Shown here: one piece after another, positions 42,601-57,600 of the stretch
How positions within the stretch are numbered: the first letter of the stretch is position 1
How the letters are laid out: each line of letters begins with the position of its first letter
Source of the DNA: Owenia fusiformis
Taxonomy: Eukaryota
NCBI GenBank assembly: GCA_903813345.2
Contig: CAIIXF020000001.1
Coordinates: 30,504,001-30,568,000 of the forward strand
Direction: 5' to 3'
DNA length: 64,000 bases
Notes under the pieces: model-generated
The model's database searches: none
What the model was told of the DNA's origin: nothing
What the model saw: the letters and a program-made list of their open reading frames with translations, nothing else
Program-made: the position numbers and the translations under genes

Positions 42601-45600
42601 ACATCAGGCAGCCACTTTGTATTTTACAAGGCACACATCTGAGAAAACAAGAGAGAGATATATGTGAGATAGATATATTCTATGGATACACTTAATAAGT
42701 CTTCCATCATTTCAAACAGTAGTACTCATTACTTTGGTTGGTATGAAAGTGGCGGCCCTTTTGAAAATATTTTGCACAAAACTATTCAACAATATACATC
42801 TTTCCACCAAATATGAAAACCAGTCCACTAGTATGAAAATTATTTTCTGGATGGATTGACAGATGAACTGACAGAGGGACTGACTGATGGATGGTGAGCT
42901 TCGCTATATCCCTAACCCTATATCCCTAACTTCACTCGTTGGGATAATCATGTATTCATCATCACAGCAAAGAACATGGAATTCAAAAGTATGTTATTGA
43001 TCAATGTGCGTGTAAGCATTTTTATGCTGAGATGGATTTATTATTACACTATGAAACAGTCTGAAATGATTTTGTTTGGTCAGAAATATAAAAAATTGTA
43101 TATAATTTTGATTGAAACATTGAAACAAAGGCAAGAATTATAATCATTATTTACTCAGAGTAAAACTGAGTAAAATTCCTCTCCTTTGTTTGCAGACATT
43201 TTCAGACTTACCACTTGTCCATTGCCACCTCACCCAATTCAATGTTATACATCCTTTTATCCAAAGTCCTTCAAGAGTTTGAACATTAAATTCTGTTTTT
43301 TCAATGATCAATTCATTTCTAACTTGACAATGGAGATTGCAGAAAGGCAATTTTGGAAAGTCTTTGGATGGTAAGAAGAATTTTGAAGCATTCAACTTAA
43401 ATAAACACTCCCCCCTAGCTATGCCAATGGTGTATAAGTTTCAATGCAATGAATGCAATATCTATAATCAATGACCTTACCCAATGAGTTATTTTCCATC
43501 CCAAATTATACATTATGTTATTGAAAAATCCATGACATCTTACTAAATGGTGAAAAGTAAATGCACCCTGCTTCTGACTAACAGAGAATTAGTGGATGTT
43601 TACTTACATTAACTCTGTGAATTCTGGCACTTGATTTAATTGTTGCCTCACAGAAGAAGGACATCTCTCCAGTAGTAAATTTAGGGACTTCAACATCTAC
43701 AAAATAATGCAGTGAGGTGATAAAAACATTTAAGGGGTTGGAACTTCTATTTTTGGTAGATTTGGACCATGACATTTTGCATCCATCTTATAGCATTACA
43801 CATCATCTCAAATATGAACATTGAAGTGTTGCCACATTGACAAAAGAAATGGAAAGTTGAGTTTTGATGATAAAATCTAATATTATTTATGACATACATA
43901 TATACTATCCTAGCTGCAGTGCACAACAAATAATATCAATTATTTTGGAAAATATTCTTTATAATGAATGTGTTAGAATTGTAATTGTTTCTACACAACA
44001 AAGCAGATGTGTAAGGAAAACGTGAGAATAAAACAGTAATGAAATTCAGAATCAATCCCATAAAATATTGCAGAAATTAAAGATTAACATTTTACAATAT
44101 TAAACATACATTGTATGTTCTAACACCTCTTTAATCCAAACACCTTTCAAGATTCACATATTAAGAAAACCCTGAAATGTGAACACCTGATAATTAAAAC
44201 ACTTTTGGTCAGTCCCAGAGATGTTCAGATGAGTCAGGTTTTACTGTATATACAGTAGTTCTCAACATGTAAAAAAAATGAGAAAACTATTTAAGGAATA
44301 AAGATTTATGTATCATTCTATATTGGAAATATAAAAGCATGAGTGTATGTACTAACCCAAACACATAATGCACGAAGGCGAAGCCTGAGTGCATTATCAG
44401 TGGGTTAGTGCATACACAAATGTTTTTATATTTCCAATATCACGGGGTACCATCGAATAATTTTGGCAACGTACCGGAGAACGACATTTTACTAAGAAAT
44501 GGCAATAATTTAGCACAATATATTTTTAAACTAGAGAATGCATATATCAATGAATTAACACACTGAAATGCTTTAAGCTGATTGGCTGAGACACGCTTGG
44601 CATGTTTAAATATCTTATGATTATTCATAAATTATATGTACATGTACCTCCATTTTTATATGAAAGCTGAACTTGACATTTGTGACATCTGATAGGATCA
44701 TCAATGAAAACATGGAGATCATTCTTCCTTTTGCTGAAATTCAAACAAAATATATTGAAACAAATATTTAATGCTTCATGCAAATTAGCTGAAACAAAAT
44801 AAAATGCCATATCCAATTATATAATTTCCAATGTCAATTATTGTGAAATGAAATTAATGAATGACATATTAGTGTAACAGATATTTTACTATACATAATT
44901 TCTATCACATCTTTAATTTTATTGCTTAACCAATACCCCTCCCCTTAAATCTATGAACAAAGAACCTTTATCTTTTGGCTCTTTAAACAAATCTTTCCAT
45001 CGTTCTTGATAATCAACAAATTGTTCCTTTTGTAAATGTATGAATGGAATCTAATTTCTTTTGAAATATTTGTTAAAACAATGGAAGTAAATTTCAGTAA
45101 TTCTGACATGTACATACCACATTTACTGAACAATTTCTGCGAGTATAAAAGAGGCAAGCAAGATTAGAGGATCACTGAGTTAATACAAAGTAAGGTTTAA
45201 TGTTGCAGATAATTGGTGATTAAAGCTGCCCACCTGCAAATCCACATTCTTCAATATTTCATATAAGCTGTACAATTTCCATGATTTACAACTATATAAT
45301 TTAATAATTTAAATATTCCAACTAAAATAATTTGACTTTAACAGTATGTTTAGTTAACCTTTTAACCCATGGGTTATGACTAAATGTGACCCTACACTAT
45401 CACAATTAAAATAACACCAAGAACAATTAAAGCATAAATCTAATCTCAAATGCAATGCTCATGCTCTATTTGGGCTGACCAAATTTCATTCTTGCTGTTT
45501 TTCTGTTGTAATCTGATCTAAATAAACTTGGTTCGAGTGATGAGAAAAACGAAACAAGACAATCAAAATAATACTAATTCGATAAGCATTTAAGTGTTAT

Positions 45601-48600
45601 TAACTGAGTTACAGAGAAGGGCATAGAAAATAATCCAAGCGAAACAGAGTTTGAGGAATTAATTACATGTTCCTTTTGTGAATGGCACTCACCTCGGCTA
45701 CTGTATTCAGACAGGGTCTGAAAAACACAGAGATTAAATGTTAATTAAAGACCAATTTTTAGATAAATGTTTAAATACACTAGGTATTATGTTTTCTAAA
45801 TCCTAGATTTTTCTATTTAGTCTTTTATTTAGTTTTTTCAGTGAGTTGTAATTAACATTAAACATGCAACAGAAGAGGTTAGAACAACATACATTTATCT
45901 GGTATTATAGTTTAACGTGTGCCTGTGGAAAAGATGTATATCTTGTTACACTTCTTGAAGAATGGGTAGCTTTTTAAGACAAACAGTCATTCTTTTCATA
46001 AACCGTTCATCTAAGTTGGTTGGTGAACTTTAATTAACATCCACTGAGCGAAAGAAAAAAAAAAAAAAATTCCATAGTGAAGTGAAACACTTGGGATGTG
46101 AAGCTTTGTGCACACAATCATTAAACATGTGTGTTGCTTTTATTAAGATGCTATTACTGTCACAACAACCCTTTTTACTGACACATTAATAAGATGACGG
46201 TGTATAAGATCTAATGAAAAAAATCTTCCAACCTTGATTCTTTTATTTCAAATAAACCTGGTCCTTATTTAATTTTCACTGGATAAAGACAGTTGCATGG
46301 GATTCCATTAGAGAGGCCCTTTCTTCCCTTTCTTCTTATTTCAATCATTCAGTCTCAGCACATTCGTGAAATACATTTCTCATCAATTAGGTACCTCCTC
46401 CTTTTTGTCATGTAAATATTACCAATGTAAATTGAAATAAATTATATCGCTAAAGATTGCAAAAAAATTGCTAATCTATCACTGTTGACTCTGGTCAAGG
46501 TATTTGTATTATACATGTGTCATCCAGGGGTAGTTAGATGTTTGTTCAATGTCAAGTTTGTTTGGTTACACTGCCTTCAAGTACCTCTATGATTGAATAG
46601 TCATTTATTATTATTTGTCACATTGTTTCCTCTGTTCTTGAGATATGATAACTGGATAGAGATGTATGGGAAATTCCATTAAGAACAATCCTATTTAAAA
46701 CCTCTTAATCACACTCAGGACTGATCATTTACCCCTAAAATACCCCCTATGAGAAGGAAAGGATATTTGAACTCTTCAATATGATTTTCAATCTTGCCTG
46801 CTGGGGCAGAACAATGCAACAATTATAGTTTGTCAAACAAAGCATATTTAAACAATATATTGACCATGGGTAGCAACATTCTAATAACAGGCCAATTATC
46901 AAAGTATTAAATTATTTAATTAAAGAAAGGATTTTAATAAAGTTAACAATAATCTTTGCAACTTACAATTATTGTTTCCAACGTATCTTCCAAAGTCTTT
47001 TCAAAATATGAACTGGTCTGTAGCAAATGTGAGATACACTCATAGGTTTCTACAATGTAAAGAAAAGAACTGCGTGATTATTTTTTATATTTTGAATTCT
47101 TGATTAACAGTAACTAAACTGTTATTCTAGTGTATGGCGCATTATTAAATACATCTGCCTTTTTATTGTTTTCCCAACAATTGTTTATTTAATTACTTTT
47201 CAAAAACAATTGCATAAAATATGAACTTTTTTAAAACTTTGAAATACAATACATTCAGTTAAGGGATAATGACGTTTATAAATCTGGTACATATCAGCAT
47301 GTTATATTCATCATTCAATCATCAAACAATACAAAAGATAAACCAGACAGTTTTTAACAATACAAGCATACTTCTTGATTCATTATGTCACAAGTTTTTC
47401 GTTTCATCCATAGGATTCTTTGATCAATGCATAATGCAAAAAAAACTTGTAAGACAGAGAGGGGTGTGGCAGTATGACCCTAATCTATCCCACATGTGCC
47501 TAGCAATAGGGGTCAAACAAAGATTAAAATATTATGCAAAATTAGTCTTCACATTTACATAAATAACTAGACATGTGCTTTATGAAATATAAAAAAAAAC
47601 AATCAAAATGTTTTCATTTATAGGTCAACGAAGGTGAATCTAGGTTAGACAAGAAAACAGCAACTCCCTAAAGTAGCAGGCCTAACCAAACAAAATATAT
47701 TTATTAAATCACCCGTGATTTTGAACATTTCATTACAGAAATAGCTAACCTGCATGCAGAGTGTAGTTATAAACTGTACCTCTGCCTAGTACAGACTTTA
47801 TTACAGTTTAGCAGCCCCGCCCCAAAGATTGGTGCCTGTGACAGCCCAGGTTATAAATCATTTCAAATCTACCACGCTGACCTTATCTCAACCAATCAGA
47901 GAAGTGGAAGGAACACGTGCTAAATATGTGCTCATTAACTCTGCAGTGATGTCAGAGGAGATGACCATATAGAAAGTCGTCCATATTTCGACTCTGATTG
48001 GCTCGGTGAGATCAGAGATTTATTGCAAACTGAAAGAGTGAAGACAAAGCTCTCTTTTAAAAAGTGAAGTCGAACGAATGCAAAGGGTAAGAAATAGCCT
48101 TGCAGTATTGCTATCTCTTTTTGACAAAATCAACACCAATGATGTGACATGACACTGTTCTAGAAATCCCTTCTTGAGAAGAGGCCCTATGCCTAGAAGG
48201 CAATGACTCATATTTGAATTATAGTAGATAATATTTCTTCTGAAAAAGGGAATCATTTTTAGATTTCAGTGACCATCTTAAACATAAGCCATTAGTACAT
48301 CAATTTTTCTAAATTCGTTCATTTACTTGTATGTAAAGCCAAGATTTGTCTCATTAAATGTGATTATTATGTGGAAGGTTGTCAAAAACATGTACATACC
48401 AAATTGTCATATATGTTTTGACAACTAAAGAATACTCATTTCCACAAATGGAGCACATTGTCATATTTACAACTAATCTAGACAATACTTAATCATTACT
48501 TCCACTAATTAACATGCCTCTCTAGAATCTTTGTTTTTACAAGAAAAACTGAACTGACAATTTCTTAACCTCATAAGTAATTAAACTTTTTTTATGACAA

Positions 48601-51600
48601 GAGTGGCTGACAAGTCATGGAGCCAATACACACTCCCTTTCTCTTATTACATACAGTGGATTAAATAATCTAAAAGACTTCATTTTTTAAGTCATCTTTA
48701 TAACTTGAACTTAATATAAAGGAAGGTGAATGCATAACATCTTTCACATGAATAATCAGTCACATTTACTATGTACCACTCAGTTTCAACTATTCTCATC
48801 AAAAGAAGGATGAGATTTCATTGTTTCTCTTTTTGTGTTTGAAATATGTTTTCTATATGGTAGATTAGATGTTAATAATACTCTTTGCCCAATCAAAATC
48901 TGGACTTTTCAATTACTCTTTTGGCATTAATTGATAATATGCAAATAAATTATAAATACTTATCATTTTTGGGAAATACTCAAAAATGACTGCATCATTT
49001 GGCTCATGGGGGTTGTTTGCCAAATGCTGCACCACCCGCAAGATGACAGACACCCAAGAACATTCTTCTTGGCTGTTGCTGGTCTTCTTCAGCTCCTACA
49101 AAGGCATACAAAAGAATAAATACATACATTCCTAGAGCATGAGTATTTAAATTATGAAATATGAATTGTTTCGGACAATTTATATTAAAGCTTTTCTATT
49201 ATAGCATGTAATAACATTTATATTACAGCATTTATATGGTTTTTATTAAAAAATAACTGGGATAGTCTTATGATACATTTCTCAGCAAATGATGACTGCA
49301 TCTGCCTTTCATGGGACAAAACTCTTTACTACATGCACCCTTTTGTCTACTTTCACAGCTAAATGCTCAGTACCATTGATATACTTATAAAAATCAATAC
49401 AAGGCATTTGCCTCCCTAAATCTACTTGTTTGAAGACATATATTGAATGACTATGATTACCTACTTAAGTTTGTTATTTATGAGATTGGAGAGCAAATAC
49501 ATTGAAACAACAACCTTATAAACTTTGAAAAATCTCTAAAATGAGTAGAGAACATCTGGAACAAGGCACAGACGTGAACAATATCGTACCTAAAACACAG
49601 CATTGTGGTCTTGTTGACCAAGAAAGCAAGATGGCCGCAGAAAAGTTAATCAGCTCTAGAACTTATCACTGTGTAACATATGTAAAAATTTGAACGGTTT
49701 GGCTGGAAACCTGTAGACAAGTCTTGAAAGTGAAGATTTTAGGACGGAAAATCCAAAATGGCCACCTTAAAATTTACCCAGAATGCCCAAAAACTAATCA
49801 GTTCTTGACGTTGATATGTAGAAACATCCCTGAAAATTTCATATGAATCCCTCAAATGGTTTGGCTGGAAACCTGTAGACAAGTCTTGAAAGTGAAGATT
49901 TTAGGACGGAAAATCCAAAATGGCCACCTTAAGATTTACCCAGAATGCCCAAAAACTAATCAGTTCTTGACGTTGATATGTAGAAACATCCCTGAAAATT
50001 TCAGATGAATCCCTCAAATGGTTAGAAAGTTATTGAGTTTAACCTCCTTACTATTCTTTCCTTAGTTGCAAGTTCTGGATCCATATCCATCGAAACCATT
50101 TTTCCGCAATAACATGCAACTGATACTTGACAATAATATTCACCTTTCCCCAAAGTCCAAAGTGTACTCATTTGACCGCTGCGCTGATTGGTCGATGAAA
50201 ATCAATGACGTCAAAGCAGGGCACATTTCGCACCAAAACTTCAATAGACTAGATGCGAGTAGAAATAATCTTGATTTACGTCATTATATATTAAAAATTT
50301 AGTCAAAGTGATGTCATATTTGAAATCTGCATGTAAAAGTACATCTAGAAATATGGTTTCGAAAATTGTCTATCAACTTTGAAAATTTAATTTTTTTTGA
50401 AAATGTGACTTCTTGTTCGGGTTGATTCCCCATAGAGCCCATGTTACAAAATCACAAAAAATAAATTATCTTATCTTGTATTGGACAGACAGATTTTCTT
50501 TTACTGGACATATTTTAATTTGCATAACTATTAGATACATAAGGGTTATATGAAAAATGAACCACGCAAATAGATGTAATTTAAGTTAAAGGGGACTTTC
50601 TACCATACCCGCCATGCTATCTGACCCGAACGAGCCATCTGGTGGTGAATCTGGTAACTACCTACTCGCATCTGCGTTATTACTATTAGATCGCCGAATG
50701 AGTGAAATATATCTCATTATAAAATGATAACAAAACTAAGTGAAATATATTTTTCTGTAATTTTCCCTTAAGCTGTGTCTTAAATACACAATCCGGTAAA
50801 TCAAACCATAGAAATAATTGTGATACGAGTGCTAGTCTTTTAACAAAGTGAATCCAATTACGCAAACTAAAGATTGACAATCATTCAAACATTAAGACTG
50901 TATGGATTAGGAATATACATTAATCATGATTATTCAATTAAATAGTTCATTATGTTTCTAATAAAAAATATATATGAAGAACAGTTTTAAATGTCAGAGT
51001 CCACTTGCTTTTTTTCACCGGATTGCCCAAATAATTTGCGATTGGTCTTGTATTTTTGCAATTCAATGTTGAAGTAACTAATATTCATCATACTGTAGTA
51101 TTTTGCATTTTAATTGCAATTCTAAGCTTAATAACAGGGCCGTAGCCAAAGGGGGGGGGTGAGCGGAAGGAGCGACCGCTCCCCTCCGGCCAGAAATTCT
51201 TTCAAAATCATGCGGGTTTTCACCATTCTGAGCACTTTTCGCATGATTTTTTGCCAAAACTGTCAAAAAGCCCCCCCCTTGGTAAAACCGCTCCGGCAGA
51301 TAAATCCTGCATACGGGCTTGAATTGCCGGAGTTTGTTTCATGTAGGTCTACGTCCAAAAATATCTTGAAAGTTCTCTACAAAGTTCGATATTTAAAAGA
51401 ACGCCCATGGGCCTTTCAAGAGATAAGTCTCTTCAAACAGACGATCGTGTGTAATCATGATTAATCATGTGTAAAACAAGCAACTCTGGTATATCGTCTC
51501 AAAGCATACATGAACGGCCTTATCATCACTCACCAGTCATCACTCACGTAACCATTGTCAAATTCTTCCGCAGACATAAAAGTATATTATTATATTGTAT

Positions 51601-54600
51601 CTAATGTATATATTGTAATTTAATAATTTGTTTTTGTATTAATTTGCTCTCCAAATTGGAAGAAATAAAGATCCATACCCAGGCCTGTCAACTTGGGAAC
51701 ACCTAACATGAGTGACTTGGAAATGTTGAACACCTCCCCTCAAAATGTGGACACCTTGGTCCAAATCTGAACACCTTGATCCAAATTTTGAACACCTTGG
51801 ATTAAATTTTATTACATCTTGCCAAATTTTGAACACCTCAAATTTTTCGCGCTCGCTAAACTCGCTCGCTAACCTCGCATGCGTGACATATACGCAATTC
51901 GCGTGAAAAGTCCGAACGAAATGCGTACATTTTTTTTCCGGCGTTCGTATTTTTACTGTGTAGACGATCTTTTTTAAAATATTTTCTACAGAAATATTTT
52001 TGCTTGACAATTACCAGGTAAAATGCGTATTTGCGTGACATTTTCTGTCACGCAAAAATAACTGGCGTGACTTCAAATTCTTCAGCAAATGCGTGACAAA
52101 TACGCAAATTGCGGGACAGTTGACAGGCCTGCATACCATACCATACCATGTGGTATAATAGGTGGCTGAACGTAAGTGAAAGTAACGCACCGTTGGCCCA
52201 GATTTGAGAGTCGAATACGTTTTCTTCAAGGTTAAGTCTTCTTCGCCCCATGAGAAAATATTACACGAACTTAAGATTATCATGGGATGTTGACATTTTG
52301 ACAGTCAAAAACTAAACATGGGGTTTTGTAAAGTCGGCGTAATTTGAAAATGTACAGGAAACATTGGACTCTTCACATCAATATTTCTCTATTCATTTGA
52401 TTCCCCAGAACAATATAACAAGAAGGGGGAATATAGACGTGAGTATAATTATTAAATTCCATGACATTTATCATTAATATTATTACTACTCAACATAATT
52501 TGACAATAAAGTTAACCCGTTTCCGTCACGATTCACATTGACTTCTAATGTGTTAAGATTTTCCCGCGAAAATCTGCCCTACTCTGACGTCAGAGATTTC
52601 AGGTTTGCTAATTATAATATTCATGAGCTGACTTTGGGGAAAGGTGAATACAAGAACACAAATGTGTACAATATGATCCCGTCAAATGGTTATCCTGAAA
52701 ATGAGTAGACAAGACTTTACCGTTACAATTTTGGGACGGAAAATGCAAATGGCCACCTTAAAATTTACCCAGAATGCCAAATAATTAGTCAGCTCTAGAT
52801 TTTCATACTAAGAACCATCCCTGAAAATTTGAAATTGATCCGTCAAACAGTAAACCAGAAAACGCGTAAACAAGACTTTACAGACAAGATTTTAGGATGG
52901 AAAAATCCAAAATGGCTGCCTTGACATTTGCCCAGAATGCCTAAAAACTAATCAGTTCTAGATTTTCATACTAAGAATCATCCCTGAAAATTTGAAATTG
53001 ATCTACCAAATGCTTCACCTGAAAACGCGTAGACAAGACTTTACAGACAAGATTTTAGGACGGAAAATCCAAAATGACTGCCCTGACATTTATCCAGAAT
53101 GTCAAAAAACTAATCAGTTCTCAATTTTAAAAAACACATAGACAAGACTTTACAGGCAAGATTTTAGGACGGAAAATCCAAAATGGCTGCCTTGACATTT
53201 ACCCAGAATGCCAAAAAACTAATCAGATCTAGATTTTTATACTAAGAATCATTCCTGAAAATTTAAAATTGATCTACCAAACGGTTCACCTGAAAATGCG
53301 TAGACAAGATTTACAGACAAGACTTTAGGACGGAAAATCCAAAATGGCTGCCTTGACATTTACCCAGAATGCCAAAAAACTAATCAGATCTAGATTTTCA
53401 TACTAAGAATCATCCCTGAAAATTTGAAATTGATCTACCAAATGGTTCACCTGAAAACGCGTAGACAAGACTTTACATTTACCCAGAATGCCAAAAAACT
53501 AATCAGATCTAGATTTTCATACTAAGAATCATCCCTGAAAATTTGAAATTGATTTACCAAACGGTTCACCTGTAGCGGTTTTGGAGAAAACTGCCGGACG
53601 TAAGGACAGACAGACAGACGGACAGATAGACGGACGCGCCTAGGCCAACAATATGGCCCCACACTATGTGGTGGGGACATAATAAAAAGCTAAAATCAAA
53701 TTTAACTTGAAAAACAGCAACTCCACGGAGTAGGAAATCCCACCGAACAAAACATGTTTTGATAAATAGCGACCATATAAAATTTCATCTACTGGTATTT
53801 AAATAAATTATCAAAGATTATGAAACATGGTTGCCATTTGGAAATTCAGCTGTTATCTTTAGATTTCGTTTTTTAGCAGAGCTCCTATGTCCCAAGGCAT
53901 CAGCATATACAATTTAATCCAAATCCGTCATCTGGTACTTGAGTTATCAAGGATTACATGTTTAATGAAAAATGACAGAGATGAATAGCAGCCACCTTGA
54001 AAATTTCTTCTCAAGCAGAGCTCCTTTATCTCTAGGCATCAGTATATAAAATTTGAAGTAAATCCGTCCAATGGTATTTGAGTTATCAAAGATTACCTTT
54101 TTATGAAAAATGGCAACCATTTTGAAATTCAGCTGACGCCTTTGAAATTTTTTCTGAAGCAGATCTCCTTTTTCCCTAAACATCAGCATATAAAATTGGA
54201 ACCAAATCCATCCACTTGTATTTGAGTTGATTACGTTTTTTTTTACAAAAAATGGTGGCCATTTTGAAATTCAGTGGCTATCTTGAAAATGCCTTTTTTA
54301 GCAGAACTTCTTTGTATCTAGGCATCAGCATATAGAATTTGAACCAAATCCGTCAACTGGTATTTGAGTTATCAAAGGTTACGTTCTTTTATGAAAAATT
54401 GTGGCCATTTTGAAATTTAGCTGACATCTTGAAAATCCCTTCTCGAGTAGAACTCCTATGTCCCTAGGCATTAGCATGTAAAATTTGAACCAAATCCATT
54501 CAAGGGTATTTGAGTTATCAAAGATGTTTTTTTCCGAAAGATGGCCGCCATTTTGAAATATGGTGGCCATCTTGAAAATGTCTTCTTGAGCAGGGCTCCT

Positions 54601-57600
54601 TAAGAGGAGGGAAAACCCCATGATTCAATTGATGACATACGATTTCCTCCTTCGCGCACCTCCTTTCCCGGAAGTACTTACCCTCCACCTTAAATTTCAA
54701 AGTTTTCAAATTGACCTAGTTTTAAACCAATTAATGATCGACTCGCTTAACCAATCAGCAACTATGTCATCTCAATACAGATTTACATTATAAGCCTGTG
54801 TCATCTTTGAACCCTGGGGTTTCTCCCCCTCTTGGGCTCCTTTGTACCCAGGCAACAGCATATAAAATTTGAACCAAATCCATCCACTAGTATTTGACTT
54901 ATCAAAGATTATATTTTTTCCTAAAAATGGCTCTATTTTGAATTTAGTGGCCATATTGAAAATTCTTTCCCGAGCAGAGGTCCTACACCCATAAGGCATA
55001 AGCCTATAAAATTTGAATGAAATCTGTCAACCGGTATTTGATTTGAGTTATCAAAGATAAATTTTTTTACGAAAAATGGCCGCCATTTTGAAATATGAAC
55101 GGAAGGACGAACGGACAGACGGCCTTTCTGTATCCAAATCAATCGGTTATATTTGCAGTTAAATGTGAGTAAGTGTGAAACCAGTGAATATTGGTAATGT
55201 TTGTGCTCTAAATAATAAATCAAAGTACCCAGTTGAAAGTCGAAGGGATTTTAATAAAAACATTCCAAGAAATTCTGGACACTCAGCAAGTCAAAGGTTG
55301 AAAGTGCAGGCTGCATGTCGAAGGGTCTTTAGTTATTAGTATATTCCCAAAATTATATAAAATAATAATAAAATATGTTGCAATAAAAACAAACAATGGA
55401 TATAACCCGATGCAAATGCCTCCTTGCAAAAAATGCCTGGTGAGGTCATTTTTGAACTTGAATTTGTGATTTTATAAACTAGAAAAAACAGCAACTCCAT
55501 AGAGTAGCAAATCCCACGGAACAAAACACATTTTGATAATTACTGGCCATCTTGAAAATTTCATCTTGAACAGAGCATACCAGCTTCTAAAATTTAATTC
55601 AAATCTGTTCAGATATAAGGTTTTTACGAACAATGGCAGCCATTTTGAAATTCAGCTGCCAACTTGAAAATCCTTTCTCCAACAGGGCTACTGTGTCCCT
55701 TGGCATCAGCATAAACAATTTTAACTAAATCCATTTACTGGTATTTGAGTTATCAAAGATTTGTTTTTTTGGGGGGAAAATTATGACCATTTGGAAATTC
55801 AGACGCCATCTTAAAAATCCTTTCTCAATCAGAGCTACAGTGTCCCCAAGGAGGATTGGCTCCCAGAATGCAACACCGATATTCTGCAAAACAATCACCT
55901 AGCGATAGCTTTGTTGGAGAGTATCGGGTCATTCTCCATGCAGTCGTACAAATTATACAGACACGAATAGCAAATGACGCATGCGTGGAGATTAAAGAAT
56001 ATCGAGTTGGAACCCTGGCTTCCAATCCTCCTTGAGTGTCCCTTGACTTCAGCATATAAACTTTGAACTAAATCCATTCATTGGTTTTTAAGTTATCATT
56101 TTCTAATGGAAAAATGGCTGCCATCTTGAAAATTCTTTCTCGAACAAAGAAACTGTGTCCCTAAGCATCAGCATATATAATTTGAATGAAATCCATTAAC
56201 TGGTATTTGAGTTATTATCAAAAGATTACGTTTTCTTGCAAAAAATGGCGGCTATTTTGAAAATCAGCAGCCATCTTGAAAATCTCTTCTTGAATAAAAG
56301 CTCCTTTGTCCCTAGGCATCAGCATATAAAATCCACTAGTCCACTAGTAATTGAGTTATCATAGACTACATTTTTACGAAAAATGGTGGCCATTTTGAAT
56401 GGAGAGCCCATATTGAAAATTTCTTCTCTAACAGAGGTCCTACACCCATAAAGCATAAACCTTTAAAATTTGAATCAAATCTGTCAACCAATGTTTGAGT
56501 TACTGCCCGGACAGACGGATGAACGGACAGCTTTTCTATATCCCCCTAAACTTTGTTCTGCGGGATAACTAAGCTGTGTTGTTTTGGTTTATTATATTGA
56601 ATTGTGCCAGTTGGGTTGTTAGTTTGACAGTTGGTTGTGTTTTGGTAGTTGTTTGTCTGAATGTGCCTGGTTATGGTATGTTAGTTTGTTATTGGGCCAT
56701 GTCATATTCTATTATGTTAATTTGACAATTGGTTGCGTTATGTAATGTTGTGATTGTGTTATGCAGGGCAAGTGGTAGGTTGGGGACATGCAGGTGAGGT
56801 ATTGGGTGGTGCCAGATTATGTTGTTGTGTGATTTATATTGTCTCTGGTGTGAGGGAACTGTTTGGGTATATTAATATCACAGTTTGGTTCTGTTCTATT
56901 GATTGTGATTGAGTGTTGTGTAATTCAACAATGGATGTGTTTAGTTTGGTTTATCAGCTGTGTTGTCTTGGTTTATCGTTGGATTGCGCCTGATTGGGTT
57001 GTGTTAAGTTGACAGTCAGTTGTGATGGTTGTTTCCATGGTTGTTTTTCTGGTCGTCCCTGGTTGTGTTATGTTAGTTTGTGGGGTGTGCCATATTGTAT
57101 TACACCAATATGACATTGGATTCTTTAATGTAATGTTGTAATTATGTTATGCTGGCCAGGTGGAATGTTGTGCACAATAGAGTGAGTTATCACGTATTGC
57201 CTGATTGTGTTGTGTGTTTCTATGTTTCTGGTTGGAGAGAGTTGGTTGGTATATTGGTATCACAGTCTGATTTTGTTTTATTGGTTGTACCTGAATGTGT
57301 TTTGTTAATTCAACAATGTGTTATGTTTGGTTTGGTTTTGTCTGATGTGTTGCATTGGTTTATTATTGGGTTGTGTTAGTTTGATATAGCAGTTGTGTTT
57401 AGGTGGTTGATTGTTTTGATGTCCCTGGTTGTGTTATGCTAGTTTGGATTGGGTTATGCCTTATTGTGGTTTTCATTTAACAATGAGTTTATGCTATTTA
57501 CTGACTGTCTTATGTTGGTAGTGGCTCAGATTATGTCCAATCAGGTGAGGTGTTGAGTTGTGCCTGATTGTGTTGTGTGATTGCTGTTGTCTCCGGTTGG

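Noticed and set aside
52700..53570. Regularly spaced repeats resembling a CRISPR array
   Set aside because: Whole ~162-bp units repeat with no unique spacers, there are no cas genes, and the context is eukaryotic.
53962..55223. Family of similar short ORFs (MPRDKGA...KMAAIF), also at 1678, 3967 and 5186
   Set aside because: Translations of the non-coding 140-bp repeat unit; reading frames are not preserved between copies.
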